Counted from the stretch's first letter, positions 1 to 13,307 are shown. The stretch is 64,000 nt of DNA from Octopus bimaculoides (GCF_001194135.2 NC_068985.1:21900126-21964125), one strand, 5' to 3'. The notes: generated by a model not told the origin, from the letters alone. A program made the numbers and translations.

Positions 1-27
1 GGCTTGAAACACTGCTTGACAAATTTT
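1..27 (-). other. Candidate exon start running off the window edge
   Basis: Strong minus-strand acceptor TTCTCTTTTTTATTGTTTCTTCCAG| ending at 28; all three frames of the 27 visible nt are open. Confidence 0.35.
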
Positions 28-1001
28 CTGGAAGAAACAATAAAAAGAGAATATATATATATATATATTTGATGTGTGTGTGTGTGTGTTGTATGCATGG
101 GGAGACCAAACTTGAGATGTTTCTTAGAGTGAATTGGGTCTAGGGATTAATCCTGTTCAGTTACAAGTCAACTTTCATCATGTATGTATGGACGAACAGA
201 CAGACAGATAGATAGGCACTCATATTGTGTATACTATTATTAAGGAAATACAATACTATATTCTTGTAACAGCTGAATTTATAAATTGGTAATAAAATGC
301 ATTTTATTGATAATATATATATATACATACATAGATGATGATGATGATGATATGTACAAACAAAATATCAAAATATTAACAAAATAAGTAACTGAATGTT
401 TAGTGAAGGTTAAAAATACAAATAGGAAACATTCACATAACAAAACAACAGAATGTTTATAGAATGTTTTGAATAGCCAGAAATATCTGCAAACAATATT
501 TCTGATATATGGTAAAAATATTCAATACTAAACATCAACTATAAAAGCATCATTATTTTTTTTTATTCTTCTTTTATATTTGGACATGTATTCAGAATTG
601 TTTCTCTATTACTAAATTTATCTTTAAAAAAAAAACTCTCTTGTTTTGATTGCCCTCTGATATGAACCTTCAAGTATATCTTACTTCTTACCTGCTAACA
701 AACAGTTGCTGTTTAACCCCTAGTCGGCTGTCACTGAGCAGACTTGTGATCAAAGGCATTTCACCCTTATTCTGTCAAGCATTGCTTTTCTAGGACTATA
801 TTATTCAAAAGGAACTTCCTTTTTGAAGACAACAGAATGTGATTCAAGGAAGATTAGGCTGCTATTCCTAGCAGATCAAGTTACTATGTGGAGGTTCCCC
901 CATGAATCATTTTTACAAGCAGTTTTTGATGCTTCTGCTTGTTCATCTTTTAACATCCGTGAGAGGCTCTGTGCCATCAACCTTCTTCCCCCTGCCATAA
1001 A

Positions 1002-1380
1002 GCACTGGTGCTGGTGCCACATAAAAAGCACTAGTGCTGGTGCCACATGAAAAGCACTGATGCTGGTGCCACATGAAGAGCACTGGTGCTGGTGCCNNNN
1101 NNNNNNCTGGTGCTGGTGCCACATAAAAAGCACTAGTGCTGGTGCCACATGAAAAGCACTGATGCTGGTGCCACATGAAGAGCACTGGTGCTGGTGCCAC
1201 ATGAAAAGCACTGGTGATGGTGCCATGGAAAAAAAGTACCCAGTACACTCTGCAAAGTGGTTAGCATTAGGAAGGGCATTCAGCTATGGAACCAAATCAA
1301 AACAGACTATTGAACCTCGTGTGGCGCCTTGTCAATGTCAGAATGGAAACAAACATTGAATGATGATGATGAAGATGATT
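1002..1380 (+). mobile_element. RTE-LINE 3' tail fragment with an expanded 26-bp tandem module
   Basis: Units of GCACTGGTGCTGGTGCCACATAAAAA (1002-1225, 10-N gap inside), then ...GCATTAGGAAGGGCATTCAGCT... and a (GAT)n tail, matching the 3' end of the RTE at 29467-29657. Confidence 0.8.
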
Positions 1381-1442
1381 ATCCTTTAGATTTTCATTGC
1401 ATTTTCATGTGTACCATTTCCTTGCTTTTTTTTAGTTCCTTT

Positions 1443-1652
1443 TTTTCTCCATTATAGGTACAAGGCCTGGAATTCTGGAAGAGAGACTGGTCAATTACGT
1501 CAACCCCAGAGCTCAACTGGTATTTGTTTTATCAATCTTGAAAGACTAAAAAGCAAAAATCAATCTTGGAATTTAAACTCAGATCATAATACAGAAGAAA
1601 TGCTACTAAGCATTTTGTCTGGCATGCTAATGATTCTGCCAGCTAGTCACCT
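1443..1652 (-). mobile_element. SINE family B (tRNA-derived, Meta/MESC-like domain), decayed
   Basis: Reverse complement aligns by eye with the copy at 14435-14650 (GCTGGCAGAATC-TTAGCATGCCAG head; CAAGGCCTG tail). Confidence 0.8.
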
Positions 1653-2020
1653 TATATAATATTTCTGTTAAGTAGCTGTTCAGGTTCTGATTAACTCTAA
1701 TTAGGCAGACCTATAATCAAAGATGATCCAGTAATAATCGCCTGATCCTCTTGTTAAGCAGAAAATTATCTATGCTTCCATTATCTAATGTGTTTCTCCT
1801 TTTTTTATAGTAGTAAAATATGTGAGTCATCATTGTTGATGTCGGTGACAGCGGCAGCAGCTGCCTTCAGAGGGAAATTTAGATATCTCTGGCAGGTTAA
1901 CTTACAATTTAAAGGATTTCTTAGTGCATTTGAGCTGATCTTGACCCCAATTCTACTGGCTATTTTATTATATACCTTTATTTTATTTGATTGAAAGACC
2001 CATCTTAATTTAATGGTATG

Positions 2021-2408
2021 CTTTCTTTTACTTGTTTCAGTCATTAGACTGTGGTCATGCTGGGGCACTGCCTTGAAGAATTTTTTGCCAAACTAATTGA
2101 TCTCAGTACTTGAGTTTTTTTTTTAAAGCTTGGTACTTATTTTATTGGTCTCTTTTGTCAAACCTCTAAGTTACTGGGAAGTAAACTCACCAACACTGGT
2201 TGTCAAGCAGTGGTGGGGGACAAACATAGACACAAAGATACACACACTCAGATATATTCATATGATGGGCTTTTTTCATTCACAAGGCCTTGGTTAGCCC
2301 AAGGCTATAGTAAGAGACAGTTGCCCAAGGTGCTACACAGTGGGACTGAACCTGGATCCATATGGTTGGAAAGCAAGCTACTTACCACACAGCTAGACCT
2401 GCAGCTAT
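2021..2408 (-). mobile_element. SINE family A (composite, CORE-like), full length
   Basis: Contains CTTTTACTTGTTTCAGTCAT...CATGCTGGGGCAC (3' end) and TTGCCCAAGG...GTGGGACTGAACC...CTACTTACCACACAGC (head), the reverse complement of the 47623 copy. Confidence 0.9.
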
Positions 2409-2450
2409 GCTGATTCAGGTATTTTTTTTTAAGGATGAGAACAAATTATT

Positions 2451-2832
2451 CTTTTATTTGTTTTGTCATTTGACTGCGGCCATGCTGGAGCACCACCTTT
2501 ACTTGAGCAAATTGACCCCAGGACTTATTCTTTGTAAGCCTAGTACTTATTCTATCAGTCTCTTTTGCTGAACCACTAAGTTACAGGGATGTAAACACAC
2601 CAACATCAGTTTCAAGTGATGGTGGGAGACAAACACAGACACATAGACACACACACACACACACACACACACACATTACGTCGTTTCTGTCTACCAAATC
2701 CACTCACAAGGCTTTGGTAGGCCTGAGGCTATAGTAGAAGACACTTGCCCTAGGCACCACGCAGTGGGACTGAACCCAGAACCATGTGGTTGGTAAGCAA
2801 GCTACTTACCACACAGCCACTCCTGTGCCTAT
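2451..2832 (-). mobile_element. SINE family A, full length, head-to-tail with the previous copy
   Basis: Same modules with a central (CA)n; head ends CTACTTACCACACAGCCACTCCTGTGCCTAT. Confidence 0.92.
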
Positions 2833-2884
2833 GTATAAAACATTAGGTCTGTCATGATCACCAGGACTCATCAGACTGGAGCTT

Positions 2885-3113
2885 ATACACTGGGTTTCCA
2901 CAGAGTATAAGCACTTGAGATAACAACATTTCTTTCTGAATGGGATGTTAGTCCATCAAAAGTTAAGACTAGAACCCATATACAGCTGAGTGGGCTGGTG
3001 TAGTTTGAAATGAAGTGTTTTGCTCAAGAACAGGATGTGCTGCCTTGTGCAGGAATTGAAATTACAATCAGATGATTGTGAATGCAACACTCTAACCACT
3101 AGGCTATATGCCT
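2885..3113 (-). mobile_element. SINE family C (tRNA head plus CORE-like TTCTTGAGCAAAACACTT)
   Basis: Minus strand reads TAGCCTAGTGGTTAGAGTGTTG (A-box-like)...TTCAATTCCTG (B-box-like)...TTCTTGAGCAAAACACTTCATTTC; related fragment at about 7865-8030 (-). Confidence 0.7.
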
Positions 3114-5039
3114 TAACTAAAACATAGACTTCAAAAATGCAATTTAGAAAAGGTGAGAAAAATTGACAAAAAAACAGCTTTTAATAAATATTTAATGATA
3201 TCAAATCCATGCTTAATGTCAGTCAAACAGTTTGCTTGTTTTCTTTTAATAATCTTCAGAAAATTTACTGTCATCCATGAATTTTGTTAAAGTTAAAATG
3301 GTGCTAAAACTTATCAGTGCTATACCACAAGATGGGTTAGTGAAAATTCCTTAGCAAGACTATGATGAGTTGAATATATTTGATTACAAACGTTTATTCA
3401 TAAAATATTTAAATAAATGAATGAAATAGCTAATTTAAATTCAACTAAAACAAAAGTAAAATGCTACTTTTGTAAAAATTAAAGACTTTAATATATATAT
3501 ATATATATATATAAAGAAAAGGAATGCAAATAACAGTAAAACATCTGTGATTAAATTTTCATAATTATATTTATATTTTTAATTTAGATTGACCAATTGA
3601 AAAAATGATTTATTTGATAATAGATTGACCAATTGAAAAAATGATTTATTTGATAATAGATAAGAAACAAAAGAAATAATTAAACTAGAAAGTTATAATT
3701 TATCTGATTATCTGAGTGTCAACTATATCAAATGATATCTTGAGGGCTTTAATAAAGTACAAAGGAAATAATTATAAGAGTGAAGAATAAAGGAAACACA
3801 ACAAAAATGTTTAGAAGAGGAAGAAGAAAATAATGAAAAGCTACAGAATCATAGGATGAGACCTTCAAGTAAGAAATAAATATAACAACATCTTTACACA
3901 CACACACACACACACGAAAATAAACATATAGACATACACACAGACATAAATATATACATACGTATGCATACATATACATACATGTACATACACATATAAC
4001 ATATAATGTTCTAGTAAATATGTATGTGAAGAAAGAGAGAGAGAGGGGAAGACGGAGAGAGAGTAATTGAGACAAAGAAAGGTATATGAAATTACATTAT
4101 TTTATGTATTATGTAAAAGACAACACACACACACACACATACACAATGAAATATTGTGCAAAAGACCAAATGAAGCCACATAAAGAAAAGGGGACACAAA
4201 AAGATAGCTTCTAGATTAAAGAAAAACTACAAAGCAAGTAGCAAGTATTAGCTAAGGGATCAATTTATTTGACTCCCTTGCCTCTAAGGCTCTTCAAACA
4301 TACATAATATAAAAGGCATTATATAATTCTTTTGGAGGACGGCTGTTGTTAATAAATAAAGGACAAGTTGAAGGGATCTAATTACTGCCCATTAAATTTG
4401 GAAGTAGACAGACATAGGGACACACACATGTAGTCAGATAAACACATACATATATACATATGTATTCATGATGCCTAGAATTAATTAAATGAAAATGAGT
4501 GTACGCTACTTAGGGGTGGATTCAAAGAAAGACTCCTATAGTTGTGTGACAAAGAAAAAAAAAAAATCTTCAAAAGCCAGTAATGTGTCTGGTTGATATT
4601 TTACTACACAAGAGAAATATTGTTTAATTGGTCAATCTTAACTTTATCTATTTCAAATATTACACAGCCAGTGGAGTTAAACACTTTCATATAAACATTA
4701 TGGAATATAGAAGTAATATGAGAGATAGGTGGAGAGGGAGATGAAAGAGAAACAGAGAGGTGAGAAAGCAAGGAGAAAGTGAGAGAGAGGGGCGGGCAGG
4801 GAGGGAAGGCATTTTTAAAAACCATTACACAAAAATATATCTCATAAAGTATGCAAATGATAGTGGGAAAAAAAAGAAGAATTTGAAAAGTAAGAGAATT
4901 AGAGAAAAATTAATATAAATAAATTTGTCCCAATTTGGTTTTTATTATAAACAATGTTATGAACATTTTTCTGTAGTTATAAACAGTTCTGAAATTTGCT
5001 GACCTATTTATCCATATACCACAGAAATCACAACAAATC

Positions 5040-5077
<38 letters not shown>

Positions 5078-8000
5078 AAAGAGACAGGGAGTGTGTGTGT
5101 GTGTGTGTGAAAGAGGGAGGGGGAGAGAGAGAGAGAGCATGCAAGGTGCACAAACATATACATAAGGGATCTGAAAGAGTAGAAAAGAGAGAGAGAGAGA
5201 AGAGGACTGTTTGACTGCCATCTGTCTTTCTTTGGTGCAAGTCTGTTCAGATTTTTATTAATATTTGGATTGTCTGTCTACATGATGCGTTGTTCACAAG
5301 ATGTCAAGAAATGAGATTTTCTGTTTTCTTTTCCTCTACTTTAAGGCTTTTTCCTTGCCTTTTCAGCTGCAAGTTTAAATACTCCTTATTTTCACCAACC
5401 CTCAATCACTTATTTACATCTCTCCTTTCCACTCTTCATGGCTTATACTTTTCCTCATCTCTCTTCACTTGTATATTCATAAAAGCCAGTTTTCCAATAT
5501 CCTAATGATGTTTTTTTCTGCTCCAGCAACCAACTACTTTAAAAGTTGAAAACACTACATTGTAAAAAAACAAAAAACAAAGCCAAAAAAACAACAACAA
5601 TCAATCATCAAGAACTGACTCAAGTTCTTGTTAATGTTTGGAGAGAAGCTCATTAATAAAATATTTCTTCTTGTGTTTCACAACCATTCTCTTTAATCTT
5701 ACTCTATACCAACTAACGAGGGAACCTCTTTGCCGTCATTTGCCCTGGTAGAAAGGCAACCTAATTTTTTTTTCAAATCACACCTTACCATATTAAAAAA
5801 AGAAAGAGACATTGGTTAAAGTAGTCCTAGATACACTATGTTTAAATAAAAGATGACTAGAGAGTCTTAAATCAAATATCAACACAATCAGAAATGACCT
5901 GACTAAACAACAAAAACAACAATCCTATTCTATGTTACCTTCATTGATACAAACTACATACAAATCATTCAAAGGAAAGCATTCAAATTTTGCAATATTT
6001 TCTTTAGAAGCTGAACTGCTTTGTTGTTTTCTAAGAAAAAAAAAGTCACCCTTGTTTTATATGTTCAAAAACAAAACAGTTTACTTTAAAAAGAAGTCAT
6101 ATTTTGTTTAAGTTGTCTATATAACAATAAAGCACCTTCATACAGAATCCCTAAATTAGTTCTTACCAGTTGCTCAAGTGAGAGAAAAATCTCCAGTGTC
6201 ATGAAGAAGAAAACAACAGGCTTCAACAGAATTCATATAATGGAATTCCTAATGCAGGGTTTGAACTTACAATCAAGCAGACAAAATCTAAGCACTTTAT
6301 TTCTACAGTCATAAAGCTTTAAAATGTCTGCCATTTAATAGTTGAAAAAATAAAACAAACATACTTTATTTGTATATTGATAGATGAAAGAGTTTGTGAC
6401 ACCAAAGTTCTGCCTTTAGCTATCATTACTTCATTCTAGACCATCTCAAAGAAGTTAAAGATTGTATGCTTATGATATTTTTAGGCTTTCAATTTGATTT
6501 TTATTATGGAATATGTCAAAGAACTGCAGAAACAGGTTGTCAAGAAATCTAAGGGTCAAAGATATCAGATATGTGCAAAGGTCAGAAAAATACAGTTTGT
6601 GGGTATATACATTTTGTGGGTATGTAGGTAGAGTCTAAATAGAGAAAACTATGCATGCTTATAAAGTAACTACACCTTTAAGTTCAGCAAATTCACCAGT
6701 TAAAGCTGCTGAAATGAGCAGCCTTAAACTAAAAGCCATAAACTATTCATGAGGTACACTGGAATTAGTGCATACATTCTGATATCTAGATAATGTGTGC
6801 AAATTCAGTGACTGAAGTTAAAGGAAGTAGCTTAAAAATGTAGCTGTGTAGAGATTGTGCAAGGCATATGTAACACATGTAATGTATGTCAGGGGAAAAT
6901 GGCCAGTAAATAAGAGTTGTTTAGAGACTATAGAGGAATAAATTAAATATCAATCATTGGATGTTTATTTGGGCATTTTTTTTTTTAATAGCTTACTCTA
7001 AAGTGAAATGGGTGAACCCATAGTTCTCTTCAGAGCCACCAAATCTGGAAGAGCCACCTTCAAACTGGAGACCCAGCCTGAATGCTGGCAACAGAGGAAA
7101 CTCTTGCTAAAATACTCAAGACCCAGATGGTGGTGTTAAACCAAGTGACAAATGCTAATTTAAGAAAATACCAGTTCATATTAGTTGAGAAAGTAATTAA
7201 ACATATTGTACAGGGGATGTTTAAAGAAGAAATGATCCTATTGGTATGTATATTTAATTTGAAGAGATGAAAAGATGTCCATGGTAATCATAGAATAATG
7301 GAAATTTAGGAAGAGAAATTTGAAAGAAACTAAAGAATGAGTCATACAGGCACAAGAATCAGGTTCAGTGGAGCCTGATATGGCACTTGCTACATCACAT
7401 ATAGGAAAATAGATATCACAACAGAATGTGTGTGTATGTGTGCGCGTGCGTGTGTGTGTGTGAAAGACAGGGGGCGTGGGGGGGGGGAATAATCATCATC
7501 ACCATCATTTTAACATCTGTTTTCTGTGCTAGTGTAAGTTGGACAAGTCTGCACTATGGCATATCATCACTTATCTCAGTTGTTTTCTATCTTGTCTATG
7601 AGCCCAATATCAGGAAATATAACCTTGCCATTCCTTTTTCATGTCTTCCTTGGTCTTCTTCTGCCACTTGTATTTTCCATATTGAACAGGCAGGTAAAGT
7701 GTAACTGTCCCTTGCAAGCAAGTATGACTTGATAGCATGTACCATGCTTTCAATAATAGTTTTAGGAGCCTATGTAGTTGCAAGCAGATACAGACACCTT
7801 CTTGGTTCTGCGAGCCACGATCCAGTAGAATAGCTAGCTAGGATGTGACATTTAGAGAGAGAGAGGGCTGCATGAGCACTTGGTACTTCATTTCAGTTGA
7901 ATAAACTGGAATGATATGAAATGAACTACCTTCCTCAGGACCCAATGTACCATCTGGTCCAGGTATTGAACTCATAATGTTATAATAGTGAAGCCAACAC

Positions 8001-8704
8001 TCCAACTACTAGACTGTGTACCTCCACACTTTGAGTATATCATTTTTTCAAACAGCAATCCTTTTCCATCCATATTACATCTGCAACACTTGACTTTCAT
8101 TCAAGTTAATGATATACATTTGACAAATTATGCTCACCATACTTCTCTTCATTTTTTACAGATTTTATTCATTTAATACCCATCACTTACAAAGTATGTG
8201 ACATGATAGAGTTTAAATATCTTTCATACAACCAGCCTTTTACATAAATACAAAGAAAATGCAGTCAATACACAAAGATATTTTCATAAAATGCCATAAT
8301 GAGTGAAAAGAAATATCAAATTATAGAAAATTTGGAAAATGTTTCTATTTAGAATTTTTATAAGTATTTAAATAGATTCACACACAGATGCAAGAAACAC
8401 GCACAAATGCATACACACAAACACATACAAACTCACTCACACACACACAATTTGGAAATTACAATATAACTAATCATTAATTTTGTAATTATTCTGAGAA
8501 TGCAAAATAAATAGACATATCTATTATTTCTTGGCATAATTATACAAAAATTTCATATTGTTCTGCTCTTGAAAATTCAGTAAAATGTATATGCTGAGAT
8601 ACAGGATGAAAATTCTTTCATAGCAGACATCATTTATTTTAACATAATAAAGATATGGAATGGCAATTCTTTGTCGTCTGGCTATTTAATTAGAATAAAA
8701 AAGC

Positions 8705-8710
<6 letters not shown>

Positions 8711-8749
<39 letters not shown>
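8711..8749. repeat. (CA)n microsatellite
   Basis: Uninterrupted AC run. Many other (CA)n, (TA)n and (AG)n runs across the window are not listed individually. Confidence 0.95.
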
Positions 8750-8752
<3 letters not shown>

Positions 8753-8894
8753 GGAGAGGAAAAAATGCTCTTGATGTATTTCTGAACTGCTGTCTTGTAC
8801 AGTAAAGGTCAAGCCTTATTAAAGAATACATTTTCTCTCTTGGGGGAAATTCGCAGGAAATTCCTATTCAGGTCCCATTAAATCCATTTTAGAT

Positions 8895-8925
<31 letters not shown>

Positions 8926-10628
8926 GGGGAATTAGCTGAATGCTACATCATTCATAATTATAGGTGAATCTGAAGAACATTTGCTGGAAAGTAAAAGATA
9001 GAATGTAACTTGAGGGATGTGAGCTTCTGAAAGAAAGCTATCATTTACACTGTTTTGTGGTATTGGGGACAGTAAATGAGCTTGGATTGTGTGCTAAAAT
9101 GAGAAATCAATAGAATAGTAAAAGAATTGGGAATGGATATCCTGACTCTACAAAATAATATAAATGATGTGAATATCAATAAATTTTGTTTTCTGTTTCT
9201 TCTTTCTTCAAAATCACCATTATATGATCTGCAATGATATTATTTTTGCAATCATTGAACTTAAATAGTTTTGTGGCTGACATACCAAAAAGAAACAAAG
9301 GAGATCACTTTATAAATAAAACATGTTCTTCTTAATGTTTCATTCCTGTTTATTCATTTTGTCTACTAATTCTGTTTTTATAAACCACAGTATTGCAGAA
9401 TGTGTTGTAGTCTCAACGTAGAATGAAATAATACATATCCAGTCTATAGACATGTGACTAGCTCCTAAAGCTTCAAATTGCTATCTCAATGCAAGGTTTT
9501 GATTGACAAGACTGGGATATTGCTTAGGTGGTTGGCAACAATGTTGGTTTTTTTATTTTTTATTTTATTCAATGAATTTGTTCTGAAAAAAAATGTATGA
9601 GGAATTTGTTCTTTAAGCCTTGTTCAACCTTGATTGAGCAAACCTCTAGTTAAGATGTTCAAGCCATGACCATCCCATATTATTCCTAATGTGCAAGGAA
9701 TCCAAGTACATATCCAATGAGTCATATTTTTTTAAAACAACAAAGTAAAATTTGAGGAAGATTTGACTACTATTTTTACCAAGTTGAGTAACAGATAGAA
9801 GTTCTCACATTAGCTCATGATGCTAATGATTTAAAGTGATATAATTCAAAGTGATATAATGTGTATTCAATTAATATTCATATATCTTTTATACAAGATT
9901 CCCTTTAAGGAGATATCAGCATTCTGGTTTCTCAGTGAAGCAAGTTCAAAGATTCTTCAAAACAATACATTCTAATTGTTTTTCTAAAATTTAAATAACA
10001 ATTTCTTAATTTGTTATAAATATTTGAATAACAGTAAGGAAGAGGAATTGGAAAGTGTAGCATTTGTGCTTCTATCAATTAAATCAATACAGTGAAATCA
10101 ATATAACTTCAAATCAAAATTAATCCATAAATTCTATTTATCAACAACTTACTGCTGCACTCTCTGAGCTTAATAAAACACTACACCATACAGTTTATGA
10201 CATAATATATTACATATATGTAAACATTCTTAATCTCAATGTGAAGAGTGATGCTATGGGTTAAAATTAAAGATTATGTGATCAGAAGCTAGACAATTTC
10301 AAATCATTTAAGCTTCATCTCAGGTTCAAGTTATATGAATTGTATGTAAGTGGAGGGGAAATAGTCAATGTTCATACTGTTTTCTTTTTTAACAACACTA
10401 AAATGTCAATAGATTTCTGCAGGGAGTTAGTAATAAGGATTTATTTTCACTGGGAGTAGGATTAATCATAATGTAAGAGATGAAATTCATTCAAGTGTAT
10501 TACTGTTACTTATTTCAATATTTCCAGAGGAATGAAAAATTAAATTGTCACTGGTAGATTTTTAATTAAGGACATAGAAAAAATAATATAAAACATTGTA
10601 TACTAGCAAACTAGGTTTTTACTATCTC

Positions 10629-10675
<47 letters not shown>
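10629..10675. repeat. (GAT)n microsatellite
   Basis: Perfect ATG/GAT triplet run. Confidence 0.95.
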
Positions 10676-10824
10676 AATTCATTACTTAAATACAAAGTCA
10701 ACTTTCAATAGGGAGAAATATATTTTAAAAATAATTTCAGTACTCAATTACTAATTATTTTATAGACTCTCTAAGGATAAAAATCCAAGTTGATAAGCTC
10801 AGCAAAGAATTTGATACTGCAAAT

Positions 10825-11665
10825 CAATGTTTCTCAACCTGGGACCATAGCAAGTTCAGTGGGGTCACAGAAAAATTTGGGAATTAAGAGCAAGGGCACA
10901 ACTAACACTGTCTCTTTTTAAAATTCTTCTATTACTGTCTCTAATTCTTTAAGATTTACATACAAAAACCTACATACGCACACATATATCCAATACATTT
11001 TCTTAAATTCCTTCATGACAAAAAAAAAAAAATTTTCATTTGACACCTTGATAATAATTTACCATTGATGAATAAAGTGTTAAGTTGGCATTGGAAAATC
11101 TTGTTTGAATTAAATATTATGTTACTGCTTTGAAGTTCATTCATCTAAAGTTCATACATTTAGTGCCAATCTCCAAGGATAATTGTTTGCATCACTTTGT
11201 TGAACTTTGGGAGAATAGTCATGTTTCTGAATAATAAGTTGCTTGGAGAAGAAATCCAAATAATATCTAAAGCAAGAGTTCTCAACCATATTTTATCTAT
11301 AGACCCCTTTGATTACTATTTTATTCTGGTGGACTCCCATAGCCATTTGATGTTTAAAAACTAGTTTTATAGAAACTTCTTTCAAAATTCCTATTTCGTT
11401 TTTCACTCATTAACTTGTGTAGGTTGAACAATGAAAAAGAAACCTAGCTGTCTCTTGTAATACATACAGATACATACATCTAAAGCAAAGGTTTTTCAGG
11501 GACCCTTGAAATACAATTATGAATCCCTATTTACTATTTTGTTGTGTGGACACCCCAAAATCTTATATGGACCCTGGTGAGAAACACTGGTCAAAAGGGG
11601 CACAGATAAATGCAAGACTCTAAGGAGGCAGGTAGGTATAAGCCAATCAAAGTTTGGAACCACTG
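10825..11665. mobile_element. Non-autonomous hAT element (outer member of a nest)
   Basis: Ends CAATGTTTCTCAACCT and AAGTTTGGAACCACTG; 8-bp flanks CTGCAAAT (10817-24) and CTGTAAAT (11666-73) match 7/8, consistent with a hAT TSD. Confidence 0.75.
11273..11589. mobile_element. hAT (Charlie-like) MITE nested in the previous element
   Basis: TIRs CAAGAGTTCTCAACC / GGTGAGAAACACTG; flanks ATCTAAAG / GTCAAAAG (6/8); body aligns with 26205-26554. Confidence 0.85.
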
Positions 11666-11705
11666 CTGTAAATCATCTCTCAGCTCTAAATACAAACTCC
11701 ATTAA

Positions 11706-11927
11706 CCCTTTCATTACCAACCCGGCTGAAACCGGCTCTGGCTCTGTAGTACAAATGTCATGTTTTCATAAGTTTTGAATTAAAATCTTCCACCAAACCT
11801 TAGTCACAATTTATGTTCCTATCACTAGCTGAATGATAACTAAGTTATTTTATTAAATTCTTTGTTATATTTAAAATTAATTGAAAGAAGCACAGAGCAT
11901 CTCAAAATAAATACAGTAACGAAAGGG
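11706..11927. mobile_element. piggyBac-type MITE, family 1
   Basis: TTAA|CCCTTTCATTAC ... GTAACGAAAGGG|TTAA: 12-bp TIR with one mismatch and TTAA on both sides. Confidence 0.9.
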
Positions 11928-12220
11928 TTAATGTTGATTTTACTTTCTTTGATTCAAAGGTAATAGAATAAATATCAGTAATATATTTGAGCTAATTTGA
12001 TCACTTGCACTCTTCTACAAATATCAATCGTGTTCATATTCAGTGGGGACTTAGAACATTCATTCAACATTATTCTTACAAGGATACAAACCTATAAATT
12101 TATGTGGCATAGAAGGAATATAGTATATTGATTTGGCTTTGTGTACACCAAGTAATTACTTTATTTTTTATAATCCAGGTGAAGTCAACCTCAGTGGAAT
12201 TTCAACTTTACAATATAGGA

Positions 12221-12768
12221 CAGGGTTTCCCAAAATGCCATTTTGTACCCTGAAGGGGGCTATGACAAAAATGAAAAGTATACATTTTATTAAAATTCCT
12301 TTTCACAATAAAATTAGTTGAACAAATTATGACCAAGAACAGTGTCCTTATTTCATTTGTAATGACTTGTGTGAATCTGGATTCAGTTCTCTTTTGTCAA
12401 TCAAGACAAACTATAGGAATTGCCTGAATCCACAGGCAGAGTTATGGATCAAAATCAGTAAGGAAACAAAGAAGACATTGAATTTTACATTCGTAATTGT
12501 GATTGATTTCACTGTTAACAGGTTTTTTTTTTCTAATTATCCAATTTGCCTCTTACAACACACTGAGTCAAAACTTATTTTTTGAGTTGAGTTTGTTTAC
12601 TCACAGTATTTTACGTGATTCAATTGAAAAACAAAGAAAATAAAAGATTAGTTATTAGAAAACTGACTTATTGATCTGCAAATGTGATATTACTTTTGCA
12701 GTGAGTGCAAACATTAATCAAACATTTCCTAGGGCTATGAAGCATAAAAAAAAGTTTGGGGACCATGG
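12221..12768. mobile_element. Non-autonomous hAT element
   Basis: 5' CAGGGTTTCCCAAA, degenerate 3' TTTGGGGACCATGG; flanks ATATAGGA / ATATAGAA (7/8); 3' body similar to 56161-56475. Confidence 0.65.
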
Positions 12769-13220
12769 ATATAGAACTCAAGATAGAGAGAAGTAAAATA
12801 AATTAAATTCTGCCAGAAATGATAAAAATTTTAAAACTTTGGTGTAAATCCAGATATTTCAAATAGTTGAATCAACTGATCCAATATCTGACTGGTACTA
12901 TCTTTTTGACCTTTGAAGGATGAAAAGTAAAGAAAACCTTTGTGAGATTTGAACTGAATGCAATAGCATTTTTGTTTGACACTGTGTTTCTGCTACAAAT
13001 AATAAGGACAAAATAACAGCATGATATATATGTAAGGGAAAAACAGCAACAATAACAACACTAATAAAACAATAAAGTGAGCAATGTAATAAAAGAGAAA
13101 TCATTTCAAACATAAACCTCAAAAGAAATTATCTTTAAACACCTAGAAAACAAATGATAAAATAACAAGTCTACCCGACCCAACTCCACAGCCTCTGTTC
13201 TTAGCTGTCTTTTGAATTAC

Positions 13221-13307
13221 TTGCAATCAAGATTTAATCCAAATAATATCATGGTTGAAAGGACAATACTTAGCAGCAAGGGTATCAGTGAAGTGTAGGG
13301 GTGACTG
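13221..13307 (-). other. Candidate 87-nt exon of a minus-strand host gene
   Basis: Long polypyrimidine tract ending TTTGTTTTTCCAG|CAG (NAGNAG); donor CAA|GTAATT; one open frame SHPYTSLIPLLLSIVLSTMILFGLNLDC. Confidence 0.35.

Noticed and set aside
1002-1225. CRISPR-like array
   Set aside because: The 26-bp units are directly adjacent with no unique spacers, there are no cas genes, and the unit is a module of the RTE 3' UTR.
8842-8865. Paired NF-kB-like sites GGGGAAATTCG / AGGAAATTCC
   Set aside because: Neither fully matches GGGRNNYYCC, and there is no other support.
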